DNA of 64,000 nucleotides from an uncultured Verrucomicrobiae bacterium (GCA_963735805.1 CAVTMK010000004.1:352001-416000), one strand, 5' to 3'; positions 48,341-59,440 are shown, counted from the stretch's first letter. Notes: generated by a model not told the origin, from the sequence alone. A program made the numbers and translations.

Positions 48341-49008
48341 TCAGTTAATCATCACATTTTTTTTGTCAAACACTTTTGTTGTGAAATTTGAAAATATTTT
48401 TATGAGCTCGCGCGCGATAATTTTTTTTGGCGCGCGAGAAATTTTCTTTTTTTCGCCATTTCGAAACAAAATCGTAACTTCATTCAAGTCGCTTTCCATT
48501 CCCGAATTTGTGCCGCTAACGTCGTTTGCGACCATGATGTCACATTTCTTTGCGCGCAGTTTTTTCATGGCATTTTCTTCCATGTGATCTGTTTCCGCAG
48601 CGAAACCCACGAGAACGAATTGTCGGTCGTGTCGATGGCCTAACGAATCGAGGATGTCCGTGTGGGAATTAACTCGAGCGAAAAGTGCGCCGGGCGCTTC
48701 TTGATTTTTGTCGACGAAAGATTGGCGGGTTTGTAATCCGCGACCGCGGCGCACAACACGCAGATATCGCATTTGTCGACATGCTGGTGTACCGCCTCGA
48801 ACATTTCGTCGCTGGTCAAAACAGGAATCAGCTTCGCGCCGCCTGGCGCTTCGAGGATCACCGGACCTGAAACCAACGTGACATCGTGCCCTTCAGCGAG
48901 AGTCGCTTCGGCGATGGCGTAGCCCATTTTTCCGGATGAGCGATTCGAAATGTAACGAACCGGATCGATCGGCTCACGTGTGGGGCCGGCCGTGATGAGG
49001 AATCTCAC
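48341..49008 (-). CDS. coaB: Phosphopantothenate-cysteine ligase CoaB, frameshifted near 48660
   Basis: TAGPTRE.IDPVR, SSGKMG, AAVADY in one frame; DIL, VGFAAET, VANDV in the next. Confidence 0.85.
48343..48369 (-). promoter_or_regulatory. Sigma70-like promoter
   Basis: TTGACA-N15-TTAACT with extended TGn; the spacer is short. Confidence 0.5.
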
Positions 49009-49637
49009 GCGATCAAATTATCCTGACGCGCGAGCAGGAACTCCGCGCGGAACGCGATGTCGTTCACTTTCCAAAGTCTGCCAATGCCTTCGTAGCCGCA
49101 CGCAAGCATTCCTTCTTCGGGGCCTATAAATTCGACGCCGCGCGCTTTCAATTTTTCCACGTTTTCCACTGTGGCTGGATGTTCCCACATTTTTCCATTC
49201 ATGGCCGGCGCGAGCAGAATGGGAGCACGGGTTGCGAGCGCGATCGCCGCAAGGGGGTGATCGGCCAGCCCATGCGCGAGCTCGGCGATGATTTGCGCTG
49301 TCGCCGGCGCGATCAAAAACAAGTTTGCGCGATCGGCGAGCTCGATGTGCCCGGGCCGCCAACTTTCTTTTTCGTCGAAGAAACTGGTTGTGACCGGATT
49401 TTTTGAAAGAGTTTGCAACGTAAGGGGAGAAATAAATTCAGTCGCATCCTGCGTCATAACGACAAAGACTTCGTGGCCTTGTTTGACCAGCAAACTAGCG
49501 AGCTCGGCTGACTTGTATGCGGCAATCGATCCCGTTACCCCGAGCACGACCGATTTCGTGCCCGGCCGAATGCGCACAACCTTTCGCGCGCTCGCTTTAT
49601 CGCGTCTTTTTTTGGAATCTCTGCCTTCTGCAATCAT
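49005..49637 (-). CDS. coaC: Phosphopantothenoylcysteine decarboxylase
   Basis: GVTGSIAAYK, HIELA, PAMN, LACG. Confidence 0.92.
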   Translation of the reverse strand: MIAEGRDSKKRRDKASARKVVRIRPGTKSVVLGVTGSIAAYKSAELASLLVKQGHEVFVVMTQDATEFISPLTLQTLSKNPVTTSFFDEKESWRPGHIELADRANLFLIAPATAQIIAELAHGLADHPLAAIALATRAPILLAPAMNGKMWEHPATVENVEKLKARGVEFIGPEEGMLACGYEGIGRLWKVNDIAFRAEFLLARQDNLIA

Positions 49638-50245
49638 TTCTCGATCAAACGCCGGCTCAAATGGCCTTCTGCTTCCATGATTTGCTGGAACCCCTGCAAA
49701 TCTTCCTCCACCGATCCACTAATAATAGTATAGCGATAATCACGCCAATGTTCCATTTCGCGGGCGGCGGTGGCGATGCGGGAATCGATCTGCTCCGCAG
49801 TCTCCGTTCCGCGCTTGAAGAGGCGCCTCCGCAATTCGTCGAGGTCGGGGGGCATGATGAAAACGTCGGCTAAGGACTCTCGGATAAGCGGATCGCCGCA
49901 ACTGCGAATCACTGCAGCACCTTGCGTATCGATGTCGATCAAAACATCATTTCCGCTGTTTAGATTTGTCACGATCGGCTCGCGCAGGGTGCCGTAATGG
50001 TCCCCATGCACTTTCGCGTGCTCCAGAAAATCTCCCTTCGCCACTCGCTCCCGGAATTCTGCATCGGAAAGAAATCGATAATCCTGGCCGTCAATTTCGC
50101 CGGCGCGCGGCGCTCGCGTTGTGCAGGAGACCGAATAAAAAAGATTGGGGTTTTGACGGATTCTTTCCACCAGTGTCGTCTTGCCCGCGCCCGATGGAGC
50201 AGAAACCACAAAAAGAATTCCGTGGCGGCTGAATTTCTTACTCAA
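49634..50245 (-). CDS. gmk: Guanylate kinase
   Basis: SAPSGAGKTT, TTRAPR.GE.DG.DY, DIDTQG; TTG start inferred. Confidence 0.95.
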   Translation of the reverse strand: MSKKFSRHGILFVVSAPSGAGKTTLVERIRQNPNLFYSVSCTTRAPRAGEIDGQDYRFLSDAEFRERVAKGDFLEHAKVHGDHYGTLREPIVTNLNSGNDVLIDIDTQGAAVIRSCGDPLIRESLADVFIMPPDLDELRRRLFKRGTETAEQIDSRIATAAREMEHWRDYRYTIISGSVEEDLQGFQQIMEAEGHLSRRLIEK

Positions 50246-51113
50246 GGTTTTGGGCTTGTTCGCGAATCTTTTCCAGCTCCGCCTTGCAGGCGATGACGCG
50301 CTGAGAAATTGTCGCATCATTCGCCTTTGCGCCGAGCGTATTAAGCTCGCGAAACATTTCCTGGGCGATGAATTCCAGTGTGCGCCCGACCGGTTCTTTG
50401 CTGCGCAGATGGTGCGCAAATTGAGTGAGATGACTTTCCAGACGCGTCAGTTCCTCGGACACATCTGCGCGATCAGCAAAGAACGAGATCTCCTTTAACA
50501 AACGTTCATCGTCACTGGCAATCGGCAAACCAGCGTTGCGGATGCGATCGATAAGCACGCCACGATATCTTTTGACCACATCGGGATGAAATGCGCGGAT
50601 TTCGTTGAGTTTTTTGCGAATTGCTTTAAGGCGATGGATCAGGTCCTTGGCCAGGTGTTTGCCCTCGCGTTCACGCATGTTGATTAAATCCGCCAAAGCG
50701 CCGCGCAAAGCGCGATCGATGGCGGGCCAGGCTTCCTCAGCGTCCAACGCCTGCTCAGGCAAGCGCATCACTCCGGGCGCTTGCAGGATTGTGCTGATCG
50801 TGATTTCGCCCGGAGCGTTCAATTCCTTTTGCAAGGCACGCATCGCTTCGTGATAGGAGCGGGCCAATTCGGTGTCGAGAGCCAGGTTGCGCGAGCCGTT
50901 TGGGCCGCTGTGAAGCGCTATTGTGGCGTTGGTCCGGCCGCGCGAGATATTTTCATTGATCGTCTGGCGAATCCGCGGCTCGAGCTCGGCGAAGTCTCGC
51001 GGGAGATTCACTACGATATCGCTCTGTTTTCGGTTCACAGAGTTAAGTTCCACACTAAATTTTCTCCCGGCATAGACCCCGTCAGCCCTGCCGTATCCAG
51101 TCATGCTTCTCAT
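50238..51113 (-). CDS. yicC: YicC family endoribonuclease
   Basis: SMTGYG, DVSEELTRL, RELNTLGAK, REQAQN. Confidence 0.93.
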   Translation of the reverse strand: MRSMTGYGRADGVYAGRKFSVELNSVNRKQSDIVVNLPRDFAELEPRIRQTINENISRGRTNATIALHSGPNGSRNLALDTELARSYHEAMRALQKELNAPGEITISTILQAPGVMRLPEQALDAEEAWPAIDRALRGALADLINMREREGKHLAKDLIHRLKAIRKKLNEIRAFHPDVVKRYRGVLIDRIRNAGLPIASDDERLLKEISFFADRADVSEELTRLESHLTQFAHHLRSKEPVGRTLEFIAQEMFRELNTLGAKANDATISQRVIACKAELEKIREQAQNLE

Positions 51114-51225
51114 AGCTCGATGGAAAAGGTTATCGCAGAGAAATATTCAAGGTTCAATCGAAAGCAATGATGCGAAGCGAAGATGACGGCGTTGAAGTAC
51201 AAGCCTCCATCCGTTATTCACGGGT

Positions 51226-52467
51226 GTGAACCACTGGCAGCGGGAGCTTGTCGCAAGCGCGATCTTCGCAATCACATACGTTCTCATCAGCGGCCGCCAA
51301 CTCAAAATTCTGCCGTTGAACCGCCCGGCTGCCGCCTTGTTAGGTGCGGTGCTGATGATTGCCACCGGCGTAATAACGCCGCAGCGGGCATATCGCGCAA
51401 TCAACTACGACACGCTGGTATTACTGCTGGGCATGATGCTCATCTCAGCCTACCTTTATCTTGCGCATTTTTTTGAATGGGCCGCGGAGCTGGTGCTGAG
51501 TTTTTCGCAAACTCCCGTGCGCCTTCTGCTTTACGTGACGCTCACTTCGGGAATTCTCTCGGCGCTCTTGGTGAACGACTCGATTTGCCTGATGCTCACA
51601 CCACTTGTTGTGGCCGTTATTCGTCGCGGGAAGCTGCCGCTGCTCCCGTTTCTGATCGCACTGGCAACGAGCGCGAACATCGGCAGCGTGGCCACGCTTG
51701 TGGGCAATCCTCAAAACATGATCATCGGAAATTTCTCGCGTATTTCGTTTCCAGAGTTTTCCCGCACTCTGCTGCCGGCGGCCCTTGTTGGACTGGCGAT
51801 CAATTTTTTTATTTTGCGTTTCGGTTTTCGGAAAATGTTGCGGGAGACGTCAATTGCCCGGGCGGAACATACGGCTCCAAAACTCGAACGCGGTTTGTTC
51901 GCGCTTGTTTGCGTTGTATTCGTGTCGATCTTTGCCGGTTTTCTCGCCGGATTGAACCTGGCGTGGACGGCGATGGCCGGAGCGGCACTGGTGATGGTGC
52001 TCGCGCGGCGCGACACGCACAACGTGCTCAAGCTGGTTGATTGGCACTTGCTCCTTTTTTTTGCTGCGCTCTTCGTCGTGGTAGACGGCTTGAGCGATAC
52101 CGGGTTGCCGGATGCGATTTATTCGCGGCTGCAGCCGATCTTTGGATTGAGTCCGCCGGCGCAAGCGTGGAACCTCGCATGGTTTTCTGTGCTCGGGTCG
52201 AATGTCTTCTCGAACGTCCCGTTCGTGCTTGTGGCAGGGAACTGGATCGCACGATTTACCGAACCTACGTTAATGTGGAAGGTTCTGGCGCTTGCGACGA
52301 CGTTTGCCGGCAATCTCACGATCATCGGCTCAGTGGCGAACATGATTGTGGTGGAATCGGCGCGCGATCATATCCAGGTCGGTTTTTGGGATTACGCGCG
52401 CTTTGGAATTCCTATCACAATTCTGACGACCGCAGCCGGAGTGGTCGTGCTACTTGTTTTGCGCTAA
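51226..52467 (+). CDS. ArsB/NhaD-like anion transporter
   Basis: [30 protein letters not shown]. Confidence 0.85.
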   Translation: MNHWQRELVASAIFAITYVLISGRQLKILPLNRPAAALLGAVLMIATGVITPQRAYRAINYDTLVLLLGMMLISAYLYLAHFFEWAAELVLSFSQTPVRLLLYVTLTSGILSALLVNDSICLMLTPLVVAVIRRGKLPLLPFLIALATSANIGSVATLVGNPQNMIIGNFSRISFPEFSRTLLPAALVGLAINFFILRFGFRKMLRETSIARAEHTAPKLERGLFALVCVVFVSIFAGFLAGLNLAWTAMAGAALVMVLARRDTHNVLKLVDWHLLLFFAALFVVVDGLSDTGLPDAIYSRLQPIFGLSPPAQAWNLAWFSVLGSNVFSNVPFVLVAGNWIARFTEPTLMWKVLALATTFAGNLTIIGSVANMIVVESARDHIQVGFWDYARFGIPITILTTAAGVVVLLVLR

Positions 52468-53442
52468 AAGGGCTTGCGTCGCACGGCGGTGGGGCGAGGG
52501 CATCGCGATATGGTCAATGGATTTAAACCACCGCTGCGTCGGGCCAATTCTGTTTGGCGTTGCACGACGATACACAATCAACCCAATCCGATGGTGGGTG
52601 AACGGAAATGTCGATCCATAGAGCGGGCGGCCAGACGCCCTTCTTTCCAGTCGCGGCAAAATCCACATCCCACGCCAGCGCGTGGATGATTGCTCTAGCA
52701 GGATCCTGCCGTCACCAAGAATAAATGCATGTCTTTCGATAAGTCGCTTTGTCCGTGGTTTGGATCTCTTAATCGGCAGGATTTCCGGATTTCTTGCGCG
52801 GCAAAATTTCTTCACCGGGCAAATCATGCATTTCGGTTTATGCGGCAGGCAAATGAGTGCACCCAGATCGATAAGCGCCGAATTGAAACACGCTGAATTG
52901 CGTTTCGGGGCAAGTTGCGCGGCATACTCCCAGAGTTTTTCGCGGCCCTTTGCAGAATCGATTGGGTCGCGCACGTTGTGTAATCGGGCCAGAACACGCG
53001 AGGTATTCGCTTCGACGATTGGGACTGATTGATTGAAGGCAAAGGTTGCGATGGCGTTCGCGATGTAGCGGCCAACGCCGGGCAGTCTGCGAATCGCAGC
53101 GATGTCGCCGGGCAAGGTCCCGCAGTGATGATTCTGCACGATTTTGGCAGCAGCACGAAGGTTTCGCGCCCGGTTGTAATAGCCGAGACCTTGCCAGGCG
53201 TGGAGCACTTCGTTTTGTGAAGCATGCGCAACCGACGCGAAATTCGGAAATCGGCGGATCCATCTATTATAATAGGGTACCACCGTGGCCACCTGGGTTT
53301 GCTGTAGCATGAATTCGGAGACGAGAATCGCGTAGGGATCGCGGGCCTTGCGCCAAGGCAGATCGCGGCCGTGGCGGTGGAACCAATGCAGGGTGGACCT
53401 GCGAAAAGCGCGAATGCGTGGGGATGAGCTCACTTGTACCAC
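52450..53442 (-). CDS. mutY: A/G-specific adenine glycosylase
   Basis: [23 protein letters not shown]-x6-C-x2-C-x5-C. Confidence 0.93.
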   Translation of the reverse strand: MVQVSSSPRIRAFRRSTLHWFHRHGRDLPWRKARDPYAILVSEFMLQQTQVATVVPYYNRWIRRFPNFASVAHASQNEVLHAWQGLGYYNRARNLRAAAKIVQNHHCGTLPGDIAAIRRLPGVGRYIANAIATFAFNQSVPIVEANTSRVLARLHNVRDPIDSAKGREKLWEYAAQLAPKRNSACFNSALIDLGALICLPHKPKCMICPVKKFCRARNPEILPIKRSKPRTKRLIERHAFILGDGRILLEQSSTRWRGMWILPRLERRASGRPLYGSTFPFTHHRIGLIVYRRATPNRIGPTQRWFKSIDHIAMPSPHRRATQALLAQNK

Positions 53443-53452
53443 AGGCTTCTAA

Positions 53453-53522
53453 TTGTCATGTCGGGCGGAGTCGAGACATCTCCAAATGTGCCAGAGATTC
53501 TTCGGTTCGACTTGGAGTGAAC
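53453..53522. repeat. GTCAT-type REP-like element
   Basis: TGTCATGTCGGGCGGAGTCGAGACATCTC...AGAGATTCTTCG...GGAGTGA. Confidence 0.65.
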
Positions 53523-53598
53523 ACAGAAACAGGGGAGCGCTGAGCGCCCACCACGCCCAAGGCTTGCCGAAGGCGGGTTGAGCGTTGAGCGTTGGGCG

Positions 53599-54597
53599 TT
53601 GAATTCTTATACCCACGCGCTCTCGCACGAACAGGTCCCACAGCTGCGAACTTTACTCGAAGAACTCGGCTTCGAGTTTGCGCCAAAGCAGTGGACGATT
53701 TTCTTTGCGCAAAAGAGCAAGCTGAGCGTCGCGGTGTACGAGAAAGGGCCAAAAGTGCTCGTACAGGGAAAAGGCGCGGAGGAATTTGTGCAGTTCGAGC
53801 TGGAGCCGAAGATTCTCGGTGAAGCAAAGCTGGGTTACGAGGAAGTGCATTTGCCGGAAATGTTCCAACCGCACTTTGGTGTGGACGAAAGCGGCAAGGG
53901 AGATTTTTTCGGCCCGCTGGTCATCGCAGGTGCTTACGTCGACCGGGGGATCGCGCGCTCTCTTCTTGACGCTGGGGTCGTGGACAGCAAACGAATCGGT
54001 TCGGATGCGCGGATTCGCGCTTTGGCGGACACAATCCGGAAAAGTTCGCTGGGCCTGGTGGAAACCGTTTTGATTGGGCCGACGAAGTATAACGAGCTTT
54101 ACGAGAAGTTTGGCAATTTGAACAAACTACTTGGCTGGGGGCATGCCCGAGTGATTGAGAATTTACTGGAGAAAAAGCCCGATTGTCCAAGGGCGCTTTC
54201 GGATCAGTTTGCCGACGCGCGCGTGGTGGAGCAATCGTTGCTGCGGCGCGGGAGCAAGATCAATATCGAGCAACGACCAAGGGCGGAATCAGATATCGCG
54301 GTGGCGGCCGCATCGATTCTCGCCCGAGAGGCATTCATTAATTGGCTGGAACGCAAGGGGAAGGAAATCGGTTTGCGTTTGGATCGTGGGGTATCTACTG
54401 CCGTAAAAGAGAGTGCCAAAAAACTCGTGGAAATGAATGGGCCTGGCGCATTGCGCGCTGTGGCAAAAGTGCACTTCCGCACCGCCCATGAAACGGCGCC
54501 TGACTACTATCCCGCTCCAAGTCCGCGTGAGAATTGGACACGACCGCGGCTGGCTCGCCGTGACCCCGACGGAGGCGGTGGTTCTTTAAAACGTTAA
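53599..54597 (+). CDS. rnhC: Ribonuclease HIII
   Basis: TBP-like N-domain (KVLVQG), GVDESGKGDFFGPL, DSK, DQF, VAAASILAR; start TTG 53599 or 53578. Confidence 0.92.
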   Translation: MNSYTHALSHEQVPQLRTLLEELGFEFAPKQWTIFFAQKSKLSVAVYEKGPKVLVQGKGAEEFVQFELEPKILGEAKLGYEEVHLPEMFQPHFGVDESGKGDFFGPLVIAGAYVDRGIARSLLDAGVVDSKRIGSDARIRALADTIRKSSLGLVETVLIGPTKYNELYEKFGNLNKLLGWGHARVIENLLEKKPDCPRALSDQFADARVVEQSLLRRGSKINIEQRPRAESDIAVAAASILAREAFINWLERKGKEIGLRLDRGVSTAVKESAKKLVEMNGPGALRAVAKVHFRTAHETAPDYYPAPSPRENWTRPRLARRDPDGGGGSLKR

Positions 54598-54742
54598 GAC
54601 ATCCGACGCAGTCGAGAACCCACCCCGCAATTTCTAAGATTGCTTGATCTTCTTGTCGAAGACGTTATCCAGTTTAAAAAATCCTGTTTTTGTGCTTCAT
54701 TGAGCCACCACAAGGGCAACGCGGAACGAATACTACATTGAT

Positions 54743-55099
54743 ATGGCAAAGTTAACCAAGCGCGACATCGTCGTCGCCATTAGTAACCAAACCGGCATGG
54801 TCCAGCATCAAGTCTTCGATGTGGTCCAGCGGACGCTTGATAAAATTACCGACAGTCTCGCTAACAACATCCCGGTTGAACTACGCAATTTTGGCGTTTT
54901 TCAGCCGCGTCTGACCAAGCCAAGAGTCGGTCGGAACCCCAATCAGCCCGGAAGCAGTTTTGTGATTCCACCACGCGCAACCGTGAAGTTCAAAGCCGGG
55001 AAGATCATGCGTCAACGCGTCGAGAAGCTTTCTCGAGAATTGAAGGAAGCGGACGAGCGCAGGACTAAGGCGGAAACGATCGCACCGAACGGCGGATAA
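54743..55099 (+). CDS. HU/IHF family DNA-binding protein
   Basis: LTKRDIV, VELRNFGVF, GRNP, VKFKAG. Confidence 0.92.
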   Translation: MAKLTKRDIVVAISNQTGMVQHQVFDVVQRTLDKITDSLANNIPVELRNFGVFQPRLTKPRVGRNPNQPGSSFVIPPRATVKFKAGKIMRQRVEKLSRELKEADERRTKAETIAPNGG

Positions 55100-55135
55100 G
55101 CGACGCTCAAGAACGTCCAGCGGGTAGAGACCCGG

Positions 55136-57607
55136 CTACGCGAGCAGATTCTGAATCGTCTTTTCCAGGCGCTCAAAATTGATAGGCTTGGTAAGATGCT
55201 CGGAAAAGCCAGCCGCTCTGGCCTGGCTTACGTCTTGTTCCGTGCCGAAGCCGCTAAGTGCGATTCCGGGTAAATTCTTATTTAGACGCACTTCGCGCAT
55301 TAGGTCGTAGCCGCTGCGGTCCGGTAATCCAATATCGCTGATAAGCAGATCGAAATCCTGTGTGCGCACTTTCTCCACGGCCTGGTCAGCGGAATGCGCG
55401 ACGGTAATTTCGTAACCGCGACGCTCCAGCATTCTTTTCATTCCGATGCAAGTGTCATGATGGTCGTCCACCAACAGGACGCGTCGATGCGTTGCAACGG
55501 CCAATTCTCGTTCCGGACCCACGGGTTGTTCTTTTCTCTCGCCATCCACGCTGGCGGGCATGACTACGGTGTTTAGTTCCAACGAAAAGATGGCTCCCTG
55601 ATCCTTACCAGGACTTTCGACCCCGATTTTTCCGCCGTGCGCATCGATCAGAGCTTTCGAAATCGCCAGACCGAGCCCGAGTCCTCCAAAACGCCGGGTG
55701 ATCTCGGTCTGCCCTTGTTCGAACGCATTAAAGATTTTATCGATTTTTTCCGGGTCGATGCCGATGCCCGTGTCGATAACACGAACCTCAATCTTTCCCG
55801 GCGAGGGGTTACGCGTTTCGATAGTGATTCGGCCTTTTTCGGGGGTAAACTTCACACTATTTTTGATTAAATTCCAAAAGACCTGTTGCAGTCGCGCCGG
55901 ATCGCCCTCCACGTAGGTTTGAGTAGCGCGTAGATGAAAGTCCGCTTCGAGATTTTTGGCAGCGATTTCCTCCCGGCATATTTCATAAGCGCGCTGCAGG
56001 ATTTGATGCACGCAAATCGGTTCAAAACTCAATTGCAACTTCCCCTTGGCAATGCGAGTCACATCGAGCAAATCGTCAATAAGCCGCGCTTCCAATTCGA
56101 CGTTGCGCCGGACGACCTCGAGCGCTTCCCTGACCGGGCGTGAATCTGATAACTCCGCTTCCAACTCGCCTACCATCGCGATTACCGGCGAGAGTGGACT
56201 TCGCAGCTCATGTGATAGCAGCGCCAGGAATTGATCCTTTGCAGCATTCGCGCCAATCAATTCCTGTCGGAGCGTGACATCTCGTGTCTTGTCTTCGACC
56301 AAATAGAGCACGCCTTGAACAGTTTCCTGCGAGCCTTGCAGTCGAAGCAAATTGATATTCAAAAAATGGGTCATTCCGGTTTTATCTTTTAACGGGTGCT
56401 CAATCAGCTGAAAAGGTGTTCCAAAAGTAAGCACCTTTTCAATTGCCCCGGGCGGAGTGATTTTCACATCGTCGTATGTGATCTCCGTGATATCGCGACC
56501 GGCTGGCATATCGCCAAAACGTTCCGCCGTTTGGGCAAAGGCATGGTTGGCGTGGAGAAAACGACGCGAAACCGGATCGATGAAGGCGATGCCACTCGGC
56601 ATGTTCGCGAGCATTTTCTCGTTGAAGATTACTTCCCGTTCCAGCCGCTGCTTGGCTTCCACCTGGCGTTGGTAATACCCGCTGCCCAGCCATGCGAAGA
56701 CCGCCGTGAGAACGATCAACCACGCTGCCAATACAGTCATCCGACCCAAAAGATCATGAACCGGTTTGTAAGCCAGGGCCCTCGGTTGCTCCACCACAGC
56801 CACCCAACCAGTGGATTCAATCGGGCTGAAGGAATAAAGATTATTGTGCCGCTCGAAATGGCCGCTTTTGCTCTGGTAGATCTCTCTGAGCAATCCTTCG
56901 TTTGCCTTGGGTGCGGGCGTTGCGGGATTTGGCTTGAAATCGCTGGCGAAAAGCGCCACCCCATTTTGGTCGAGTACCTCAAAGAGAAGCCGATCTGCAA
57001 ACTCAATCGTGGACAAGCGTCGGCCAATTCTCTCTACAAGGACGGAAACGCCGACATAACCCAGGATGGTTCGGTCTGGGGCACGTACAGCACCGACGAT
57101 ATCGGTGACCGGCCGGTTATCCGACAGACGGGAATGAATTGGCGAGACAAAGGTTGCGTCTACGGCCGCCGCTTGCTCGCGCCAGTACGCGGAACCAAAA
57201 TCCTTGCCGATCATCTCCGAAGCGGTGGGGATCGACGCGATCAAGTCGCCATTGGCTTTGGTGATGAACATCCCATCGATCTGCGGGTGCGAATAAAACG
57301 CCGAGTTGAGCCATTGTTGAGTCAGTTGTGGATCCGGCGCGCTTAAATTCTGCACCACCTCGGGCAGCGTTTGATAATATTCGATAACGCTACTGCTGCG
57401 GCTTAGATCATGGGCGACCAGATGGCTTACCAGTTGAATCAAGGTTTGGCGGTCGCGCAGGATTCTTGATTCCAAGGTATCGCGTAGGATTGTGTAGGAG
57501 ACAATCAGGGTCAGGATTGATGGAATCCAACCCGCCAGGAGAATAGGAAATATGATCTTGAAACGTTCGAAACGCTCGCGCCTTCGTTTCGTCATTGTGT
57601 CTTCCAA
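55136..57607 (-). CDS. Hybrid sensor histidine kinase (Cache-PAS-HisKA-HATPase-REC)
   Basis: SHELRSPL, NLIKNSVKF, DTGIG, GGLGLGL, DIGLP, TKP. Confidence 0.92.
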   Translation of the reverse strand: MEDTMTKRRRERFERFKIIFPILLAGWIPSILTLIVSYTILRDTLESRILRDRQTLIQLVSHLVAHDLSRSSSVIEYYQTLPEVVQNLSAPDPQLTQQWLNSAFYSHPQIDGMFITKANGDLIASIPTASEMIGKDFGSAYWREQAAAVDATFVSPIHSRLSDNRPVTDIVGAVRAPDRTILGYVGVSVLVERIGRRLSTIEFADRLLFEVLDQNGVALFASDFKPNPATPAPKANEGLLREIYQSKSGHFERHNNLYSFSPIESTGWVAVVEQPRALAYKPVHDLLGRMTVLAAWLIVLTAVFAWLGSGYYQRQVEAKQRLEREVIFNEKMLANMPSGIAFIDPVSRRFLHANHAFAQTAERFGDMPAGRDITEITYDDVKITPPGAIEKVLTFGTPFQLIEHPLKDKTGMTHFLNINLLRLQGSQETVQGVLYLVEDKTRDVTLRQELIGANAAKDQFLALLSHELRSPLSPVIAMVGELEAELSDSRPVREALEVVRRNVELEARLIDDLLDVTRIAKGKLQLSFEPICVHQILQRAYEICREEIAAKNLEADFHLRATQTYVEGDPARLQQVFWNLIKNSVKFTPEKGRITIETRNPSPGKIEVRVIDTGIGIDPEKIDKIFNAFEQGQTEITRRFGGLGLGLAISKALIDAHGGKIGVESPGKDQGAIFSLELNTVVMPASVDGERKEQPVGPERELAVATHRRVLLVDDHHDTCIGMKRMLERRGYEITVAHSADQAVEKVRTQDFDLLISDIGLPDRSGYDLMREVRLNKNLPGIALSGFGTEQDVSQARAAGFSEHLTKPINFERLEKTIQNLLA

Positions 57608-57934
57608 CTGATGCCTATCGGTTGCGAAAGTTGGCCCATCACGGTTACTCTACTCGCTGCTTCAGGCAAGGATGAATGTCGCCAACAGAGAACAAGTCAG
57701 AATAAATAGGGGTCAGCCCAATCCACACGAAGAATTGCTTGTTTCCCACCAATCAAGGAGATTGCCAGACCGCTCGCCCTCTCAATTACGAAAATCGAGA
57801 GGAGATTGTTGTGTATCAACAGAATGCGGCGGCGGTTTTCAGAGGCAAACGTGCGATTTTTGAATTGACGCAAATGGTGAAAGCGGCATCATGTCGGGCT
57901 TACCCCGAAAACCGTTCGGGGCTGTAGAACTCCC

Positions 57935-59440
57935 ATGCAAGGAAGCCTCGGACACATTATCTGGTCGATTTGTTATCTCGGCGTGCTCATTGGGCTTTCG
58001 GCTTATGGCATCCACAGATATTTCATCATCTATTTGTACCTGAAAAACCGGAAGCGGGCACCAGTTCCGGCACGTCACTTTGAAGCGCTCCCGAAGGTAA
58101 CGGTGCAGCTTCCGATCTTTAACGAAGTGTACGTCGCTGAGCGGTTGCTGTATTCCGTAAGTGAACTGGATTATCCGCGGGAGCTTCTGCAAATCCAGGT
58201 TCTGGACGATTCAACCGACGAAACCCGCGACATCACCGCCGCGTGTGCAAAGGAACTACAAGAGCGCGGCTTCAATGTTCAGCGCATTCATCGAGTCGAT
58301 CGCACCGGTTTCAAAGCCGGCGCTTTGGCAACAGGTCTCCAGGCAGCCGAAGGCGAATTCGTTTGTATCTTGGACGCCGATTTTGTCCCAGAAAGGGATT
58401 TACTGAAGCGAACTATTCATTACTTCACTGACCCGGAAGTGGGAATGATCCAGACCCGCTGGGGCCATTTGAATCGTGGGTATTCGTTGCTGACCCGGAT
58501 GCAGGCCATCTTTTTGGACGGACACCTCTTACTGGAGCAAACCGCGCGCAGCCGCAGCGGCAGGTTTTTCAATTTTAATGGAACCGCCGGTCTGTGGCGG
58601 CGTTCCTGTATCGAACAGAGCGGCGGCTGGCAATATGACACGCTATGCGAGGATCTCGATCTCAGCTATCGCGCTCAGCTCGCCGGCTGGAAATTTATCT
58701 ATCTCTCGGACGTTGTGACTCCGGCAGAATTGCCGGTGGACATGAACGGCTTCAAGTCTCAACAGCATCGCTGGACAAAAGGGTCTGTTCAAACCTGTAA
58801 GAAATTATTACCCACAATTTGGCGTAGCCACCTTCCGTTTCCGATCAAGCTTGAGGCCACCGGGCATTTGATGTCGAACTTCGCCTATTTGCTGCTCGCC
58901 TGTCTCTGCGTGCTCTTGCACCCCTCGTCCGGAGGCCCTCAGGGTGGATGGATGCGCACCGTGCTTATCGACATTCCAATCTTTCTCGCGGCGTCGGCCT
59001 CAGTCGCGGTGTTTTATATTTGTGCCCAACGTGAACTGCATCCACGGACATGGATGAAAGAGATCCTTTTTCTGCCATTCCTGCTTGCCTTGGGAATTGG
59101 CCTGTCCCTCAACAATGCCCGAGCCGTTCTGGAGGCGCTAATCAATCACAAATCTGACTTCACGCGCACACCCAAGTATGGAATTGAACGAAAATCGCAG
59201 CGGTGGCGAGGCTGCAAATACCGGCCTCTTCAATCAGCGCTTCCGTTGGCGGAACTGGGTTTCGCCATCTATTTCACGTACTTCGTAGTATTCGCGATCT
59301 CGCATGGCCAGTTTTTTTCAGTACCCTTTCTGCTGATGTTCCAAGGCGGTTTCCTGTACGTTTGTGTCTGTTCATTGAGCAGTCGCTGGTCAAAAATCAA
59401 TTTTGGCAGATCTGGCGCGGGCGAAGCAATTCCCGCGTGA
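57935..59440 (+). CDS. Processive GT2 glycosyltransferase (cellulose synthase-like)
   Basis: LDDS, KAG, DAD, EDLD, QQHRW. Confidence 0.88.
   Translation: MQGSLGHIIWSICYLGVLIGLSAYGIHRYFIIYLYLKNRKRAPVPARHFEALPKVTVQLPIFNEVYVAERLLYSVSELDYPRELLQIQVLDDSTDETRDITAACAKELQERGFNVQRIHRVDRTGFKAGALATGLQAAEGEFVCILDADFVPERDLLKRTIHYFTDPEVGMIQTRWGHLNRGYSLLTRMQAIFLDGHLLLEQTARSRSGRFFNFNGTAGLWRRSCIEQSGGWQYDTLCEDLDLSYRAQLAGWKFIYLSDVVTPAELPVDMNGFKSQQHRWTKGSVQTCKKLLPTIWRSHLPFPIKLEATGHLMSNFAYLLLACLCVLLHPSSGGPQGGWMRTVLIDIPIFLAASASVAVFYICAQRELHPRTWMKEILFLPFLLALGIGLSLNNARAVLEALINHKSDFTRTPKYGIERKSQRWRGCKYRPLQSALPLAELGFAIYFTYFVVFAISHGQFFSVPFLLMFQGGFLYVCVCSLSSRWSKINFGRSGAGEAIPA

Noticed and set aside
56396..57346. 316-aa ORF antisense to the sensor kinase, and similar shadow ORFs such as 22058-22825 and 3969-4664
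   Set aside because: They lie opposite well-supported genes, have no motifs, and are expected from codon bias
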